DNA from: Ophelia neglecta
Taxonomy: Eukaryota
DNA: 64,000 nucleotides
Direction: 5' to 3'
NCBI GenBank assembly: GCA_965285935.1
Contig: OZ260667.1
Coordinates: 28,954,001 to 29,018,000 of the forward strand
A program made the translations under genes and the position numbers. The notes beneath the pieces were generated by a model. It saw nothing but the letters and a program-made list of their open reading frames with translations. It was not told the origin of the DNA and made no database searches. Of this stretch, positions 51,057 to 64,000 are shown piece by piece (the stretch's first letter is position 1; each line of letters opens with the position of its first letter).

Positions 51057-51486
51057 CTAGAAAGTTCAGAGAAAGTTTATATTCACGAAGAAAAGAACGA
51101 GAAACTCAATAGCCTTGGTCTAAATATGCATTATTATTATTATTATTTCACACGACCACGTAGAGCTATAGATTAATCGAATGGCCACCCCGTCTTACCA
51201 ACGAGTTAAAAGAATAATATGAATTTTAGTGTTGTATCCAAGCCAATCTGATAGCAATACGCCCTGATTTTTATTCGTTTGTTTGTGTGTTAGCACAAAC
51301 ATGAACACATATACCAGACGTATAGTCTCAGAGAAGTCGCCCCCTCCCCTCCCCCCCCCCCCCCCCTACCCCTACCCTCATAACATAGTGTAATTAGGCA
51401 GCAGGTAAACCACTAATTAAAAGTGGTGTAAGAAGTAATGCGGCTTTACGAATCATAAGTATGTACATGAAAATCGGTGTACGCAC

Positions 51487-51688
51487 ACTTGTGTTTTGGC
51501 GTCATACATGCCAGCGCGGATATTTCTTACATCCACCTGAATGAACTGTCCTGGTGCCGCCACAAACCGGAACCAGCAGTAAAGGGCCTTGCCTCGATCT
51601 GATTTCCGCACGTTGTCCATTTTTAAGGTCAATGTAGCCTTTTCCATGTCATTGAGATCCCCCACAAGAACGGTCTCATTGCATTTAT
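51487..51688 (-). CDS. Gene C (CUB-domain, putative GPI-anchored protein): CUB1 N-half, first exon found; gene is 5'-incomplete
   Basis: Acceptor ttctatttttag|, reads KCNETVLVG...ALYCWFRFVAAPGQFIQVDVRNIRAG, typical of a CUB first half. Donor GT|GTGCGT, phase 1 to 2. Confidence 0.85.
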
Positions 51689-54600
51689 CTAAAAATAGAA
51701 ATACACATACTGTATTTATCAACAAGCGATAAATTTCATAATTAAATAAAATATACATGACCTTCAATGTGCATAGCTACTTAAAGATGAATGACTTTGT
51801 AACATATGAATAAAGTTTAGTGTTATAGTTTATTATCTGGAGCAGCTGGCCTTATCACTCTAGCGGGGCAACTGTTGCTATGTTTATTTATATACAGACC
51901 ATATATATAAATTTTTAATGCATCCTATTTACAGCCACCTGCCATCCCAGTTTGCCAGTCACATCTAAGTACCGGGCCGAAATGTTTGCAGACAAGCTTT
52001 GAAATATTTATGCGATCTTATTCAAATACACTTAGGGAGACAAGAATAAAACAGTCGTATGAATGTGTCCTTTTTAAAAGACGTCGTGTTTGGGGGGACC
52101 AATTGGAAGCTAAAGGAATGGTGGACTTTTCATATGACTAGCTTTGGAAATAATAGAAACGCTCTGAGATCATCCGGTTGACAGAATCCATGAACAGAAA
52201 TTGTCTGAAATGTCAGTTATGTCTGTTGTGAATCGAGAGACGGGATCTCATGGATAGATGAGGGAAAACGCTCAATAATCGAAAAGGAAAGATGCATGTG
52301 CCTTCTCTTTAAAAGCTTAAACCAGACAGTATATATAGTTTCATAGCTTCTATCGTTTGCTTCAGATTCCGTGGCCCAACAAAGTTTTATTGAAACTTGC
52401 CTTAGAATATTTAAAGGCAAAAGCCCAGATTCAGTAGGGCTATGAGCCGCCATAACGTTGCTCCACAGTTAGAGTGATGCCTTATTGTTACGATCTTCTT
52501 TGGTCGTTTTGTGGAGATTTTTACTGTAGAACTGCATCGATTCCTTTTAATGCATGATCCTCTGTTAACGGGCAAAGTGACGCCTGTCTAAAATATAGAT
52601 TACAAGCGGCACATGTATGGCCTGTCGCCGCAGCCCAATGGATGTTTCTGTGCTGGATACAAAGAAGGCGCTGATCCATCGAATAAATAATTTGATGGGG
52701 ATTTCGCCCAGGCTCACTAGCAACGGTTCTGTCGTCCAAGGGCAATGGGTCGGGCTTAAAGTATTTATTAGTGGGCATATGCTAATCAACTTTGACCTCA
52801 TAACCTACATTTACCATCAAATGTAGGTTCCGAAAGAGACAGAGGCGATGGCAAACTAACTGGGAATCAATGAATTTCAAAGTCGAATGAAGGACACAGT
52901 GGCCAAACAGCTCTAAATATTCTCCAGCACTAATTTAAAATTGAAAGTGCATCAAACCAAAATCCTGACCATCGATAACTAACTTTATTTATCAAAAACC
53001 TAATATTAAAATATAGACGGAGCTGTTCGTAAAATGTACCGAACAAACTGAAACATGATGGTTCGAGTATTTGATTACATTAATTCGCCCGGTATTGGAA
53101 TAAGACATGTTTACACACGTTTTAGGACCTACATTTGATAAATAATGTATCACTAAATCATTTGTATGAATATATATATACATGTATATGTAGTATCTAG
53201 CTGAGGAATTAACATCATAACTTAAACATCTTGTGGCATTTTGTTTCATGGACAGTTGAAATAATAATTTACATTAGTGTATATGGATTTGACGATTTTG
53301 CGATGTTACGATATTTACTAATAAAACATTTGGAGACCCGTTACATAAGTCTAAATTTTCTTAATAAGAATGTAATAGAGAAAGAAAGTATTGGGAATGT
53401 TTTTATAATTATCATTATACTTGTGTGTAAAACGTGAAACTGCACTTGAACAAATCGAAGCAGCACATCACACACTGCTCTAGAGGCCGCTCCAACACTA
53501 CAGTACCCTGGGCGATTTAATGGGAGCTGACAATATCCGGGGGCTTATATAATTTCCTAGGAAATCTGTAGAGAGGATTGAAACTTACATGCATCAAGCT
53601 ATTGAATTAACTCTCTCTACCTATAGCAAAAATCGGCAATCGCGACCCACTTCGACAAATGGTTAACTGCATTATATATGGGCCTTTGTAAATTGCATTA
53701 ACACAAATTGATTATTTTCCCGTCATGCCACCCGTGGCCATATTTTCGATATTTTATAAATGAGATGCACGGCGTCAGGACTTTGCCATGTTTGTAGAAA
53801 ATACATGGCGGGAGAGAGCCCGCAATAGCTTGTCACCTTGTCCTCGAAATGAGAGAAGTGCCGATATGAATCAACCCAATATGTGTGATGAAGGGGAAAG
53901 GCCTGGGCTGGCGGCGGGCGGGAGGGGGTGGGGTGGGGGGTCACCACGCAAAGAATTTGTAAGGGATTGTTCAGATATAAAGCTTCTTTCTGTCTATTTC
54001 ATTAGATGTACCTGTGAGAGTAGACCTAAGGTGTACCTCTTACGACCAAGAGGTGGCTTGACATTCTGTAACATGATTGAATGAATTATGCATGATTTTA
54101 ATACAACTATGTTGCATTTGACGTAATGATAATAGTGATTACATAACAACACACACGACATTTTAAATGAGATTGAGTGATAACCCATTGGGTGTGAATT
54201 AAGTGTCCTTCCTGGTTACTGTTAACTGTCCGACATAACATTATATTGTGTCTTAAAATTATGTTGGCATGTCCAGGGGAAAACACACAAAGAAGGTGCA
54301 TGCGGCGGGATGCATCACTTTATGAATATGATCTTTGGTATATGAAAGTGTGTCATGGACTAAATGGAGAGAATTATGGTGTAAAAAACATTATCTCAGC
54401 TTTCAGAATAAATATATTTAAGAATAATTATTATTTCATTATTAGGAGGTAGGCTAATTATTGGACAAAATGCGGCTCTTTAAAACAAGTGGTTCAATGC
54501 TTGCCTAAAACAGTAGTGGGCTATTGTAGTAAACGTTCTTGTCAAGCCATGTAAAGAAGTTCGAAATTATTTTCCAAGGTATTTCTGTGAAAACGTCACA

Positions 54601-57600
54601 ATCATGTCAAATCACCAGAAAAAAAGTCAACTTCTGTAGCTGTAATGTGTTGAGGCTATTAATTACAGGGTTAGTCTTGAGCAGAACAGCACAGGAACAA
54701 AAAGAGCAAACTTCTAAACCATAACAAAATAGGAAACGAGCTTTCAAAATAGCCTTCTTGAGTTCGACGCATGATTATAAAATATAGTAATATCCGGTCC
54801 TTTTATGCGTGCTAAACAGCCCATGTCACGCCGTCAAGAGTAATAAAAAGGAAAGAGGAGAAAATAAGATGTCATTGCTTGAGTGCTGAAGAAAGAGACA
54901 TCCCGTGTCTGCCAAGACAGACGTCCTTCTTTCCAGATTTTGTCGTCGTTGCAATAGTATCGATGACTGATCTAGTCTCGAGGGAACGAGATTTACACGG
55001 CTAGGGTCCCAAACGCCCGCTCCCTCAATTATTTTCACGCCTGATGGGAAGAGCTTTGGACGGTTTCTTCTCTGGTCAATTGAGCAGAGTGATTGAAAAC
55101 TCGGTGGAATGGATTCCAGCAAACTATTAGGGAATAAGTTGGTGGTCCAAAGCTATTTCAAACCTCGATAAATCATTCGGTATCTTATCAAAAGGCGGAC
55201 CGATTTCAAAATCATGTATGTCGAAATGTAGGGTATCACAAATCACAGCCTACGTTTTACATTCTACATTCGACATTCTTTCGTTTTCCAAAATGGGCCA
55301 ATGCTAGATATTGAATATGGATTTCGTAAATGTGGCCTTTAACACTCTTGACAGTTTCAATACCGTTTCCCTTATGTGAAAAAAAAGGAAAGTTCAACAA
55401 AGTCAGCTTAATTATGATGGACAGGATTTATTAACATAAGGCACCTGTATGATCACTAAATACTTCTAACTGTGAGCATGTTTAGCTCTACCGTGTCTCT
55501 ATTATAATAATACGCCTACTTGGGAGGAGAAAAAAACTTTAAAATGATATCTATAAGCCTAATGCGTTATCGAATTGTACAAAAAATACCAAGAAAATGC
55601 AGCACCGTTTTAAAAGCCAACACATTAGGCAATTTCCGGTATAATCTAGCAGCCTCCGGGCCAGACTTTAGGGTGCATGACTATATAATAGAGGTTGCAT
55701 ACAAAATTCTGAAGTGGTAGAGTCAATGTCGGGAGAATAATCCTATTCGGCGCCTAATATCAACTAAAAACGGCTTGGTGTGAGGGAGGAAATACGATGA
55801 GTATATTGGATCAGCCGAGTAACAACCCTCGCAGACGATAAGGAGCAGGCAATGACAAAACTAATAACATGACACGCCCAATTGATTAAGTTAGGGCCTC
55901 GATATGAGCTTTGTGATTGCAATAATTCGCTAAATAGTGGAGACAAGCGAAGCGACTCGGAGTCCAAAATGCCCACCGACATAAGAAAATACTGTCTATC
56001 CCTCACTCCTTGCAAATGCTGTTTAAGTTTGTAGAGGTCTGTAGTCTCCCCTGTTTTAAAGACATAAGGGCGAAAATTTATAACCGATAAGATTGTTTTG
56101 GTCTTCTAGGTAGACAGAATGCATGGAGGGCTTTACTTAATAGTTTTTTAATGAGTCCTTATCCGTAGAATTCAACCGTTGAATATTATTATCTGTTATC
56201 GGGGTAAAGGGGATTCAATGCCCAATTTTGGGTCATGACCCGTGAGAACCCCACTGCATAAATGGGTGCCGCTTTATTTTGAAAACATGGGAGACTAGGT
56301 CTACTCTAAGGAAGTCAGGAATTTGGACATGCAGTTTATATGTTGTGTTCGTGTGTGTGTGGGGGGGGGGGGAGGGGGGGGGGCCCCAGAAGAAATGTTG
56401 TGAACAATTTTGATTTCTCGAGCGGCCTCAGACCAACATTTTTTAGGAAAAAAAACATAGCAAAGGTTTCCTGAACCAAAGATACCAACTTTTTCTCCAA
56501 ATTTGTAAAGAAAACTTCTTTCTCTTTAAAATCTTCTGCCCAAATTGTGCGTCCCTTAATTTTAAACAAATAAGAGAGTAACGGCTTCAATTGTATTATT
56601 TAAGTCGTCCATATGGCATGCTGGGGGCTTACGGGCATCTGTAAAAGGGAAAAATATACACTAGGGATGACGTGGGCTGGTTGTCGATGCGTCACCAGGG
56701 AGCGGACATGTTCGAGGTTGAGGCTTGGAAATGCTCAAAAAGATCAATGTATACCCACTCGAACGGGATAGTCAATAGAGTGATGTTATAGAACCATAAT
56801 ATCAGACTCCCGAGCGGCTATCATTCAAATATACAAGTAATAAAAAGTGAACCCGCATTTGATCTCAGAATTGTACAGACCTATAATATAGCTGGATATT
56901 ATTTAGCTTATTTCAACAATAACAACTAGCGTATTCATGTGAAGTATGTCATTAGAAAAAACAAATTTTGGATTGCTTCTTATTCAGACTTATGTTCATT
57001 ATCCATATAATCAGAATAACTCACTCAATGACACTCGGGGATAAGATCTCATATTTTTCTAAAACCAATGGATAAAAAAATTGTATTTAATTTTTGTTTG
57101 GAGGAATATTATATGACAATGTCGCTTGGGGAGAAGATCTAATGTATTGATTTAACATTGCTATTCAGAGTTGACTCTTGAAAATTGGGAGTTTAAGAAG
57201 CAGCCAGACCACATTTATACATTTAATTGTTCGATATACTGTTATTAAGTACATGTATGTCCAATTCCAGTTTGATAGAGCCAACTCAATTAACATTCAT
57301 ATCTATATACAACCTGGTGTCTCAGGGGTAAAGGCCCAAAGAGAGGAGGCCTCGAGCTAGTCTGTCTGCATGGAGGATAAATAGGCCTACTACAAGGGTT
57401 ATCCGAACTGCAGTGAAAATACTCAGGACATCAAGGGAGGAATTCGGCCAAATTTTATCCGTAAACAACGTTATTACATCGCTATTTGGTGTACTTTCTA
57501 TTAATTTGCAAGACTGACATGTACAGGAGTCACAAAATACCAGCATTAGAACTTTGAACCTTTGCAGTATTCACTGTAAATTAAAGGCACACTGGAGAAC

Positions 57601-60600
57601 ACAATGCCTTTATGGTGCAAAGCACTGACTAACAATTACGCTCATTAGCTTTTAACCAATATTTTCCCAGTTCCCGGATGTCATGCCATTAGCTTCTTTT
57701 CATGCAACACTCATTTTTTTCTCAAAGAAGAAAACGACCAAAGCAAGTCGATATCGCCTCCCTCATTTGTTTTATTCAGAACATGTTTATACAGGTACAC
57801 ATCGGATTAATAATAAACAGAACGTAAATTTCGGTGTGCTTACAGACTACAGTCTCATTTAAATAGTTATATTTCTTTGGCTTCTGCATTCTACACTATC
57901 TTTAGGGAATTGCAATTACATCTATAATAAGCATGTTTGGGATATAGAACCTTGCGTTAAACGTTCTCGGGCGCATCTCAAGCGTTATAAAACATGCAAG
58001 GGTAATAAAGTTGAATTAGTCACAATTAGCGCCTCTTACCTATAGAGGAAAAGTACTAAGGGCGCCTGGGCAATTTTAGGTAAGGGGGATTGACTTTTTG
58101 AGATTTTTCAGGGAGAAGTGGGGGGGGGGGGAGGGGAGCTCATTGAATTGGAAGATGTCACTAATTGAAGATGTACAAATCTGTTGCATTTTTTGGTCTG
58201 CTGGACGCCCATAATGATTACAGTATGATTGCCTTATAACTAAAATGGAACATATGGTGACCATACTAATTGGATTTTATTACTTTATTAGTTGCTTTTT
58301 CACTCACACACATATATACATTAGGCACTACATTAGTCATCATTGGATACGTTAAAATATATCAAAATAATTACATTTCTGTGACACTTTTGCATTTAAA
58401 TGTCCGGACTTTTGAGCTAGTCTGGTAAAGAGAAATTTGGCGGTTGTGTATTTCCAGGCACCCGGGTGAGAGCCAGTCATGCCCTTTATCCAAGAAAGAG
58501 CGAGCAAAGCTACTCAATTGTTGCATGATAAATTATGAATACCCACTGACATATGTTATAAGCTGTGTCATACGGATTCAATGTGCAGGCTGGAGCCTAT
58601 TTATCAAACGACTGCGAGAAAGTCAAGAAACAAGCACCTGTTACAGACGATTTCGATGAGCCTGGTAGAGACAGGATACAAAGAATGGCGGTATAATTTT
58701 GGGAAAACCACTGACGAACACCTAACTTCCGTTTATGTCACTTATAATCAGTAGTGGCTGTAAGCACCACGATTCCTGGAGGAAAAATTATCCTGAGCGG
58801 ATCCAATGATACATACGACTTGCAAAGAGGATTGTGATTTGGACATTTTATTTGAATTACGGCTGGCAAACGGAAGTTGAATTTGGTAGCAACATAATAA
58901 ACGTATGATTATTGCTAACTGTTATTCTTTAAGTTACAAACAACGGCCATCAACATCATACCACCAGACATGAAAAACCACCCATCTGACGTTGAATTCG
59001 AGTGCTCATTGAGTCATAGAATACAATTTTACGATAAAATATCTATTTATAATAAGTCAGATCTCAACTTGCATACACCGCAGCTTTCGACTTGGGCATC
59101 CCAGCTGGATTAAAACCAGGCTCCAGTTATCAGACGATCAGAAACAATTTCGTCAGAACTATTTTGTGTCTGCAGGTCTAATTGCTGCGCCAACTCTTGA
59201 GACTGGGCCATTGGCAAAGAACTAAGAGGTCACCGATCAATCCAGGGAGAAGATTACGTGTGAGAGTCGCGGACTAATAACAGACAACATACTCAACTGC
59301 CATTATGTCGAAGAAAAACAGCACCTCGCGAGATTGCCAGTTGCAGGAGGGACGCCTACGGAGTGTTGAAAAACTATATCATGTTCTGGACGCAATTTAT
59401 TTGCCCGCCATTTTTAACAAGAGTAGTATGTGCTACACATGGAGGCCACTTGGAGCGTATTGACAAAATGCAACACAAATAATTGATATTTCATTTCATT
59501 TAGATATTTAGATAGCTCCAGTTCATTTTCCTGTCGACTAACTGACAAGTGTGTTTGAGTCGACTTTTATTTGACCTAGCTATTCACCACCACGCCAGAC
59601 AGTCAAAAGCAATATATAGAGGGAGCAGCGCCGCCTTGTAATCATTTTGCATTATACTGAGAATCCCGACTAGCTATGTAGGCTTTTCTCTCTCGACTCA
59701 TCCCTAGGGTTTTATATGTACAACGAAATTGCCGTTGCCTCCTTTAGCCCGCCTCTTGAATAATGCCCGCCTTTTGTATCGAATTCCGCTTAACGTGTCA
59801 TCTCTGCTTATCCTCTGGACCGCAAACCGACCATTTTGTAATCGTCACGCGCGAGACTCTAGCACTAGACGCCAATCAGAACTTTCATCAGGGGAGTTCT
59901 CTGCCCGGCTTTTTGGTGTAGCGTTCGGTTTTAGACTGCTGTCAGTGTTGGGTCAAGGATTGTGAAAGTTGCTAAAGCAACATTGATCGCCGAGTTGTTC
60001 ATTAAAGGACTTCAACGACTGGATAATGATAGACCCGAATTTGATTAAATGCGGAAATACCAGTATCCATAAAGGCATCACTGGCCCAATTCAATATGGG
60101 GTCACTCAATGATCCAATTTTAGCCCCAACTCGCGGGCTTGGTAACTATGTAAGAAACATCTTGATTTTTCATTAACATAATTTTTGAGAGCTGAAGTAA
60201 TTCAGGCAACGGGAAACCAAGTTCCAACTGGGCAACACAACCTTCACGCCTAACACAAATCTTGTTTGCTTCATGAACTCGTTGTTATCGTGTTTTTGAT
60301 TGACATAAAATCTTGATATAGCTGCTCAAAATTAAATGAAGGGAGCTGGATAAAACGATTGGTATGTATCCAATTGGATAGGCTGATCTTCTCCCCACCA
60401 GTGTTTCGTATTATGTCTACTACATGTATATGTACAAATATTACTCCTTAAATCATTTATGTTAATATGTCCCTTAAAATAGAAATTCTGGATTACAGGG
60501 TAATATGTTAAACATATATTGAAATGATTAGGTTAACATCCATTATTATCAGGGACGACCGTGGTATTGCCATTTGGACAGTTTAGTAGAGCGTTCTAAA

Positions 60601-61569
60601 CTTGTACATTGAGTGCCTAACCAATGATTTGATAATTCTACAACTTTGACTAAGCAACATTAACCAAAATATTATAAAGATATAATATTAATTAAAACAT
60701 TGTGACATAACGAGCTTATAAACCTTTTCAAAGTAGTGCAATGAGAAGGGCAAAAAAAAAAAAGACAAGAGGACTTTAGTAACTAGCTACTATAGAGCCA
60801 CCATTATAGACCAGTGGAAGAAAACGTCTATATCAAACCTCAGGATAAAGATAAACTGGTCTCCATTTTAAATATGAATTTATACAAGGCAATAGGACTA
60901 CATCAGTAGCAAGAAGTCGAATTATTTAGATAAATTTTGGGTTGTAGTTGGTATTGCATGTATGGTAGGTGTGGCCGAATGTATAACATAACCAAAGAGT
61001 TTGAGCAGAATACAGACTTATGTATAATATGGATGAGAAAGAGTTAAGAGTTGCTAGTCATATAACAAATTCCACTTTCAGTAATCCTTCGTTCCGCCTG
61101 AGATATCATATTACACGTCTCTTCTCCTCGACAATCTACTGACAGGGATAGCGTGGGTGTCACATATCATTTTGATATTGCCTTCATTGCCCTGGTTAGT
61201 AATCAAAGAATCAAATCCCCAAGGGACGGAGCAGGCTGCGAGAGACAGTAGAATGTACAGCTGATATCGCAGGTCACGCCATAAAGAAATTGACTATTCG
61301 ATGAATGCTACTAAGAACCAGAAGCCATGGACGTTAGGTGTCGTTAAAGGCGCGCACTTTTAATATGGCATTCGGGCTGCGACAGCATGAATTATTTACA
61401 AGGCTAATAATGCACAATAAATGCATAGCTCTACAAAATGAAGCACTAGAAACATCTTTATTGACATTCTGTTTAACCCCTATACAACAGATAACTACTA
61501 AGTGAACTTACTACATTTGGCCAACAGACAAATCAATTTAAAGCATTATCGCGGTGGCCTGCAACTTGC

Positions 61570-61652
61570 CTATACATAATCTATATTATATATGTTATAG
61601 ATATTATATATATTATATATAACATATACATGTATATATTATATACATACAT
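61570..61652. repeat. Degenerate (TA)n/TATAT simple repeat
   Basis: tatattatatatgttatagatattatatatattatatataacatatacatgtatatattatatacatacata. Confidence 0.75.
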
Positions 61653-64000
61653 AAACAAGCCAAAAAAGCAGCGCAGATATACATTCAAATATGAGGAAGA
61701 AACAAATATATCAGAAAGCTACAAAATAACAAGAACATAGTCAGCACTTTTTTCGGTATATCTGACATAGCAGAATTAAATCATGATTTGTTATTTGCTT
61801 GGAAGGCTATAGGGACAAAACACATTAAGCTTGAAAGAGTGAAAACAGATCTGACATAATATCTCATAATGTAATATAGACCTGTACTTTCTCAGGAGAA
61901 AACAGGCGGGGAATGATCAATCTTAGGTGGAACAAGGGGAAGTCCCTGTTGTCGGTGATCTGGCACCCTATTTGAGTCCTGTTTTGAATGTTACAATAGA
62001 GGTAGTAAGTCTGTCCACCAATATTTACATATAAACATATATGCCAAATGAGTAACAAGGACAAAATATTTAATAGTGAAATCTTTGTGTTTTGCTCTCT
62101 AAATATACGTGTCACTTCACGCCGAGTTACCTAAAGGAATGAGTTTTCTTTGGCGAGAAATTCTGTGCTGCGGAGGAATATTGATGGAAAGTGACCAGAA
62201 AGGCTTAGGAGAGCAATCCCACTGATGGACGAGTTTGTGTTTGGAATACTGGGAACTCTGAAGTAAATCACTTTCCCTAGTTTCACCGATAAGTCGATAA
62301 ATGTATGTCTCGTTTCTCTTAAGCATGTCTTTCAGACTCCTTGGTCAAGGGTCACACGCACGGGTGCCCTGGGATATATGTATACTTCGCCACGAACTCT
62401 AGGGTAGCAAGCCCCAGCGAAAGCCTTCCACATTGAGCAAAGCCACAGAAATTGAGCAATGCCGCAGAAAAACGTATGTTGCACACGAAAAATATAACCG
62501 GTTTTGCCAGTGCTCAATCGGAAGCACCTCCTGCTTGGGGTTGGTGACTGTTATAGGCCTCACGAGTTGGTCTCAATATAATTATTTACCTGTAATTCAA
62601 ACGACCGGGAATATTCCAATCACAAAGCGCGTATAGAGCGTGGTAATACATTTCGGTAGTATGGGCCTGAAGGCTGAAAGGCAATAATGGTTTAAAGTCA
62701 TACATTTCAGCGACACTTACATCGGATTTCTATATCCAGTTGAGTAATAAAGACCTGCCTGGCCAAGATGTTGTCTTATTGGAACGCAATAATTTTTTAT
62801 AGGCATTCATTTCAGCGACACTCTTCCGGTTTGACACCATGCATAGATTAAATATAGGCCTAAATGTAGGCCTTATTGTTATAACTTGGCTTATCTGGCG
62901 TATTAGCACAAGCTGGAATTTAGAAACCAGCTCTCTATAGGACTGTTCGCATTTCGTTCTTTATAATTCGAACTCGTTTCCCTTTCATAGGCATCGCTAT
63001 GTTATCTAAACATCTCGAGGAATGTGTAAAGCATTCAGAAATTTCATACAAATGTAATATTACATTCTGGTGCAGTTTATGAATTCCTTGGGCATTCTTT
63101 CAACATCTCCAGGTCTTTAGATGCCAGGTTGCCTTGGTTTGACTATAGATAAATATGAATTATGAGAAAACTACTGACTCTTACCTCCGACAGGAATATG
63201 ATCTCAAATTGACAATACAATATTTTGGCTTTGAGACTTCACCGATTCCAGCAAGCATTTGTATGCCCGTCAGCCTAGACTATAGTAATGAACTAACACT
63301 TCGAGCATGATCGACATTCTTAATTGCACCAATATTATCAGTCGAGTTTGTATTATTCCAGTGAGATGAGTTTATCGTCTCATCAAAATTATTATCATAA
63401 GGAACACACATATTTTGATGTGATTTATCAGAAATTTACATTTCAAAATAATATTAACTTAGCTCAGTTATTGCGTTGAATGGTTTTAACTTGTATTTGC
63501 AGGTGTTACCATATATAAATGAACAAATATAGACCTACATGTATGTACATATTCTCGGAACAAAATCGATAGATTCATGTTGAGACAGTTTTAAAAAGTT
63601 GCCGTAAATGTAAATATTCTCAATTAACTAGGTAATTATAAACGTTTTTAAGTATGGCATGTTTGTCAAGGAGTCTCTTGCGTCTAGTGGTGACTTGGAA
63701 TATCTTTCTTTGCAGACTAATTACCACTATAATCCACGTGTATTATATTGTAAACATATTATTGGGTACTATTCCTCTCGCAGCACCTGAGCATCTGGTC
63801 CCATGAGGACGCATGCTCACTAATAAACAAGGCTGCTTGCCAAATTGGCATCTACATACACTGGATGGTCCATTTAGTGGGTTGTGCTTGGGAGATGGCA
63901 CCAACAAACAGGCCTCTGGGGAAATATTGTTGAACCCTACTTAAGAGAACGCAATATACTCCAAGAAATAGGCGCGGCAGTATGTACAGAGTGGTTGATA

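Noticed and set aside
52802-52829. 11-bp perfect hairpin AACCTACATTT-N6-AAATGTAGGTT
   Set aside because: Too short for a pre-miRNA, and bacterial terminator logic does not apply here. No further support.
51689-64000. Candidates for the signal-peptide exon of gene C (ORFs at 52521-52801, 53994-54188, 54826-55122, 61864-62326; 32-nt exon-like segment 53620..53589)
   Set aside because: None combines an ATG, a hydrophobic signal and a phase-1 donor. The 32-nt segment has stops in all three frames. The in-frame MYILFNY... stretch just upstream of 51688 is most simply intron pyrimidine tract.

Overview
This is AT-rich, intron-containing animal genomic DNA, not prokaryotic. It is probably a marine invertebrate, inferred only from gene content and enrichment of the TACATGTA motif. 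Most ORF-track entries are intronic or intergenic noise. Reading splice signals and phases by hand gives three protein-coding genes. Gene A (+): join(83..395,30604..30690,34248..34325,35395..35972), ~351 aa, a single-pass type II membrane protein with a ~30 kb first intron and a charged, probably disordered ectodomain; its frame is open back to the window start, so it may begin earlier. Gene B (-): complement join(43461..43387,43220..40391,39881..39721), 1021 aa, a secreted protein with a signal peptide, 35 copies of a 22-aa unit (KPNPLASILGALGGGGGGDGGG) and an acidic, Cys-containing ~180-aa C-terminal domain. Gene C (-): 8 exons from 51688 to 45429 encoding three CUB domains, a 24-nt microexon and a GPI-anchor-like tail; its first coding exon was not found. 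The best candidate for something undescribed is gene B, which has a silk/elastomer-like block-copolymer architecture. There are also several minisatellites and MITE-like remnants. No rRNA, tRNA, CRISPR array or intact transposon was seen. All gene models are manual and untested against RNA or databases.
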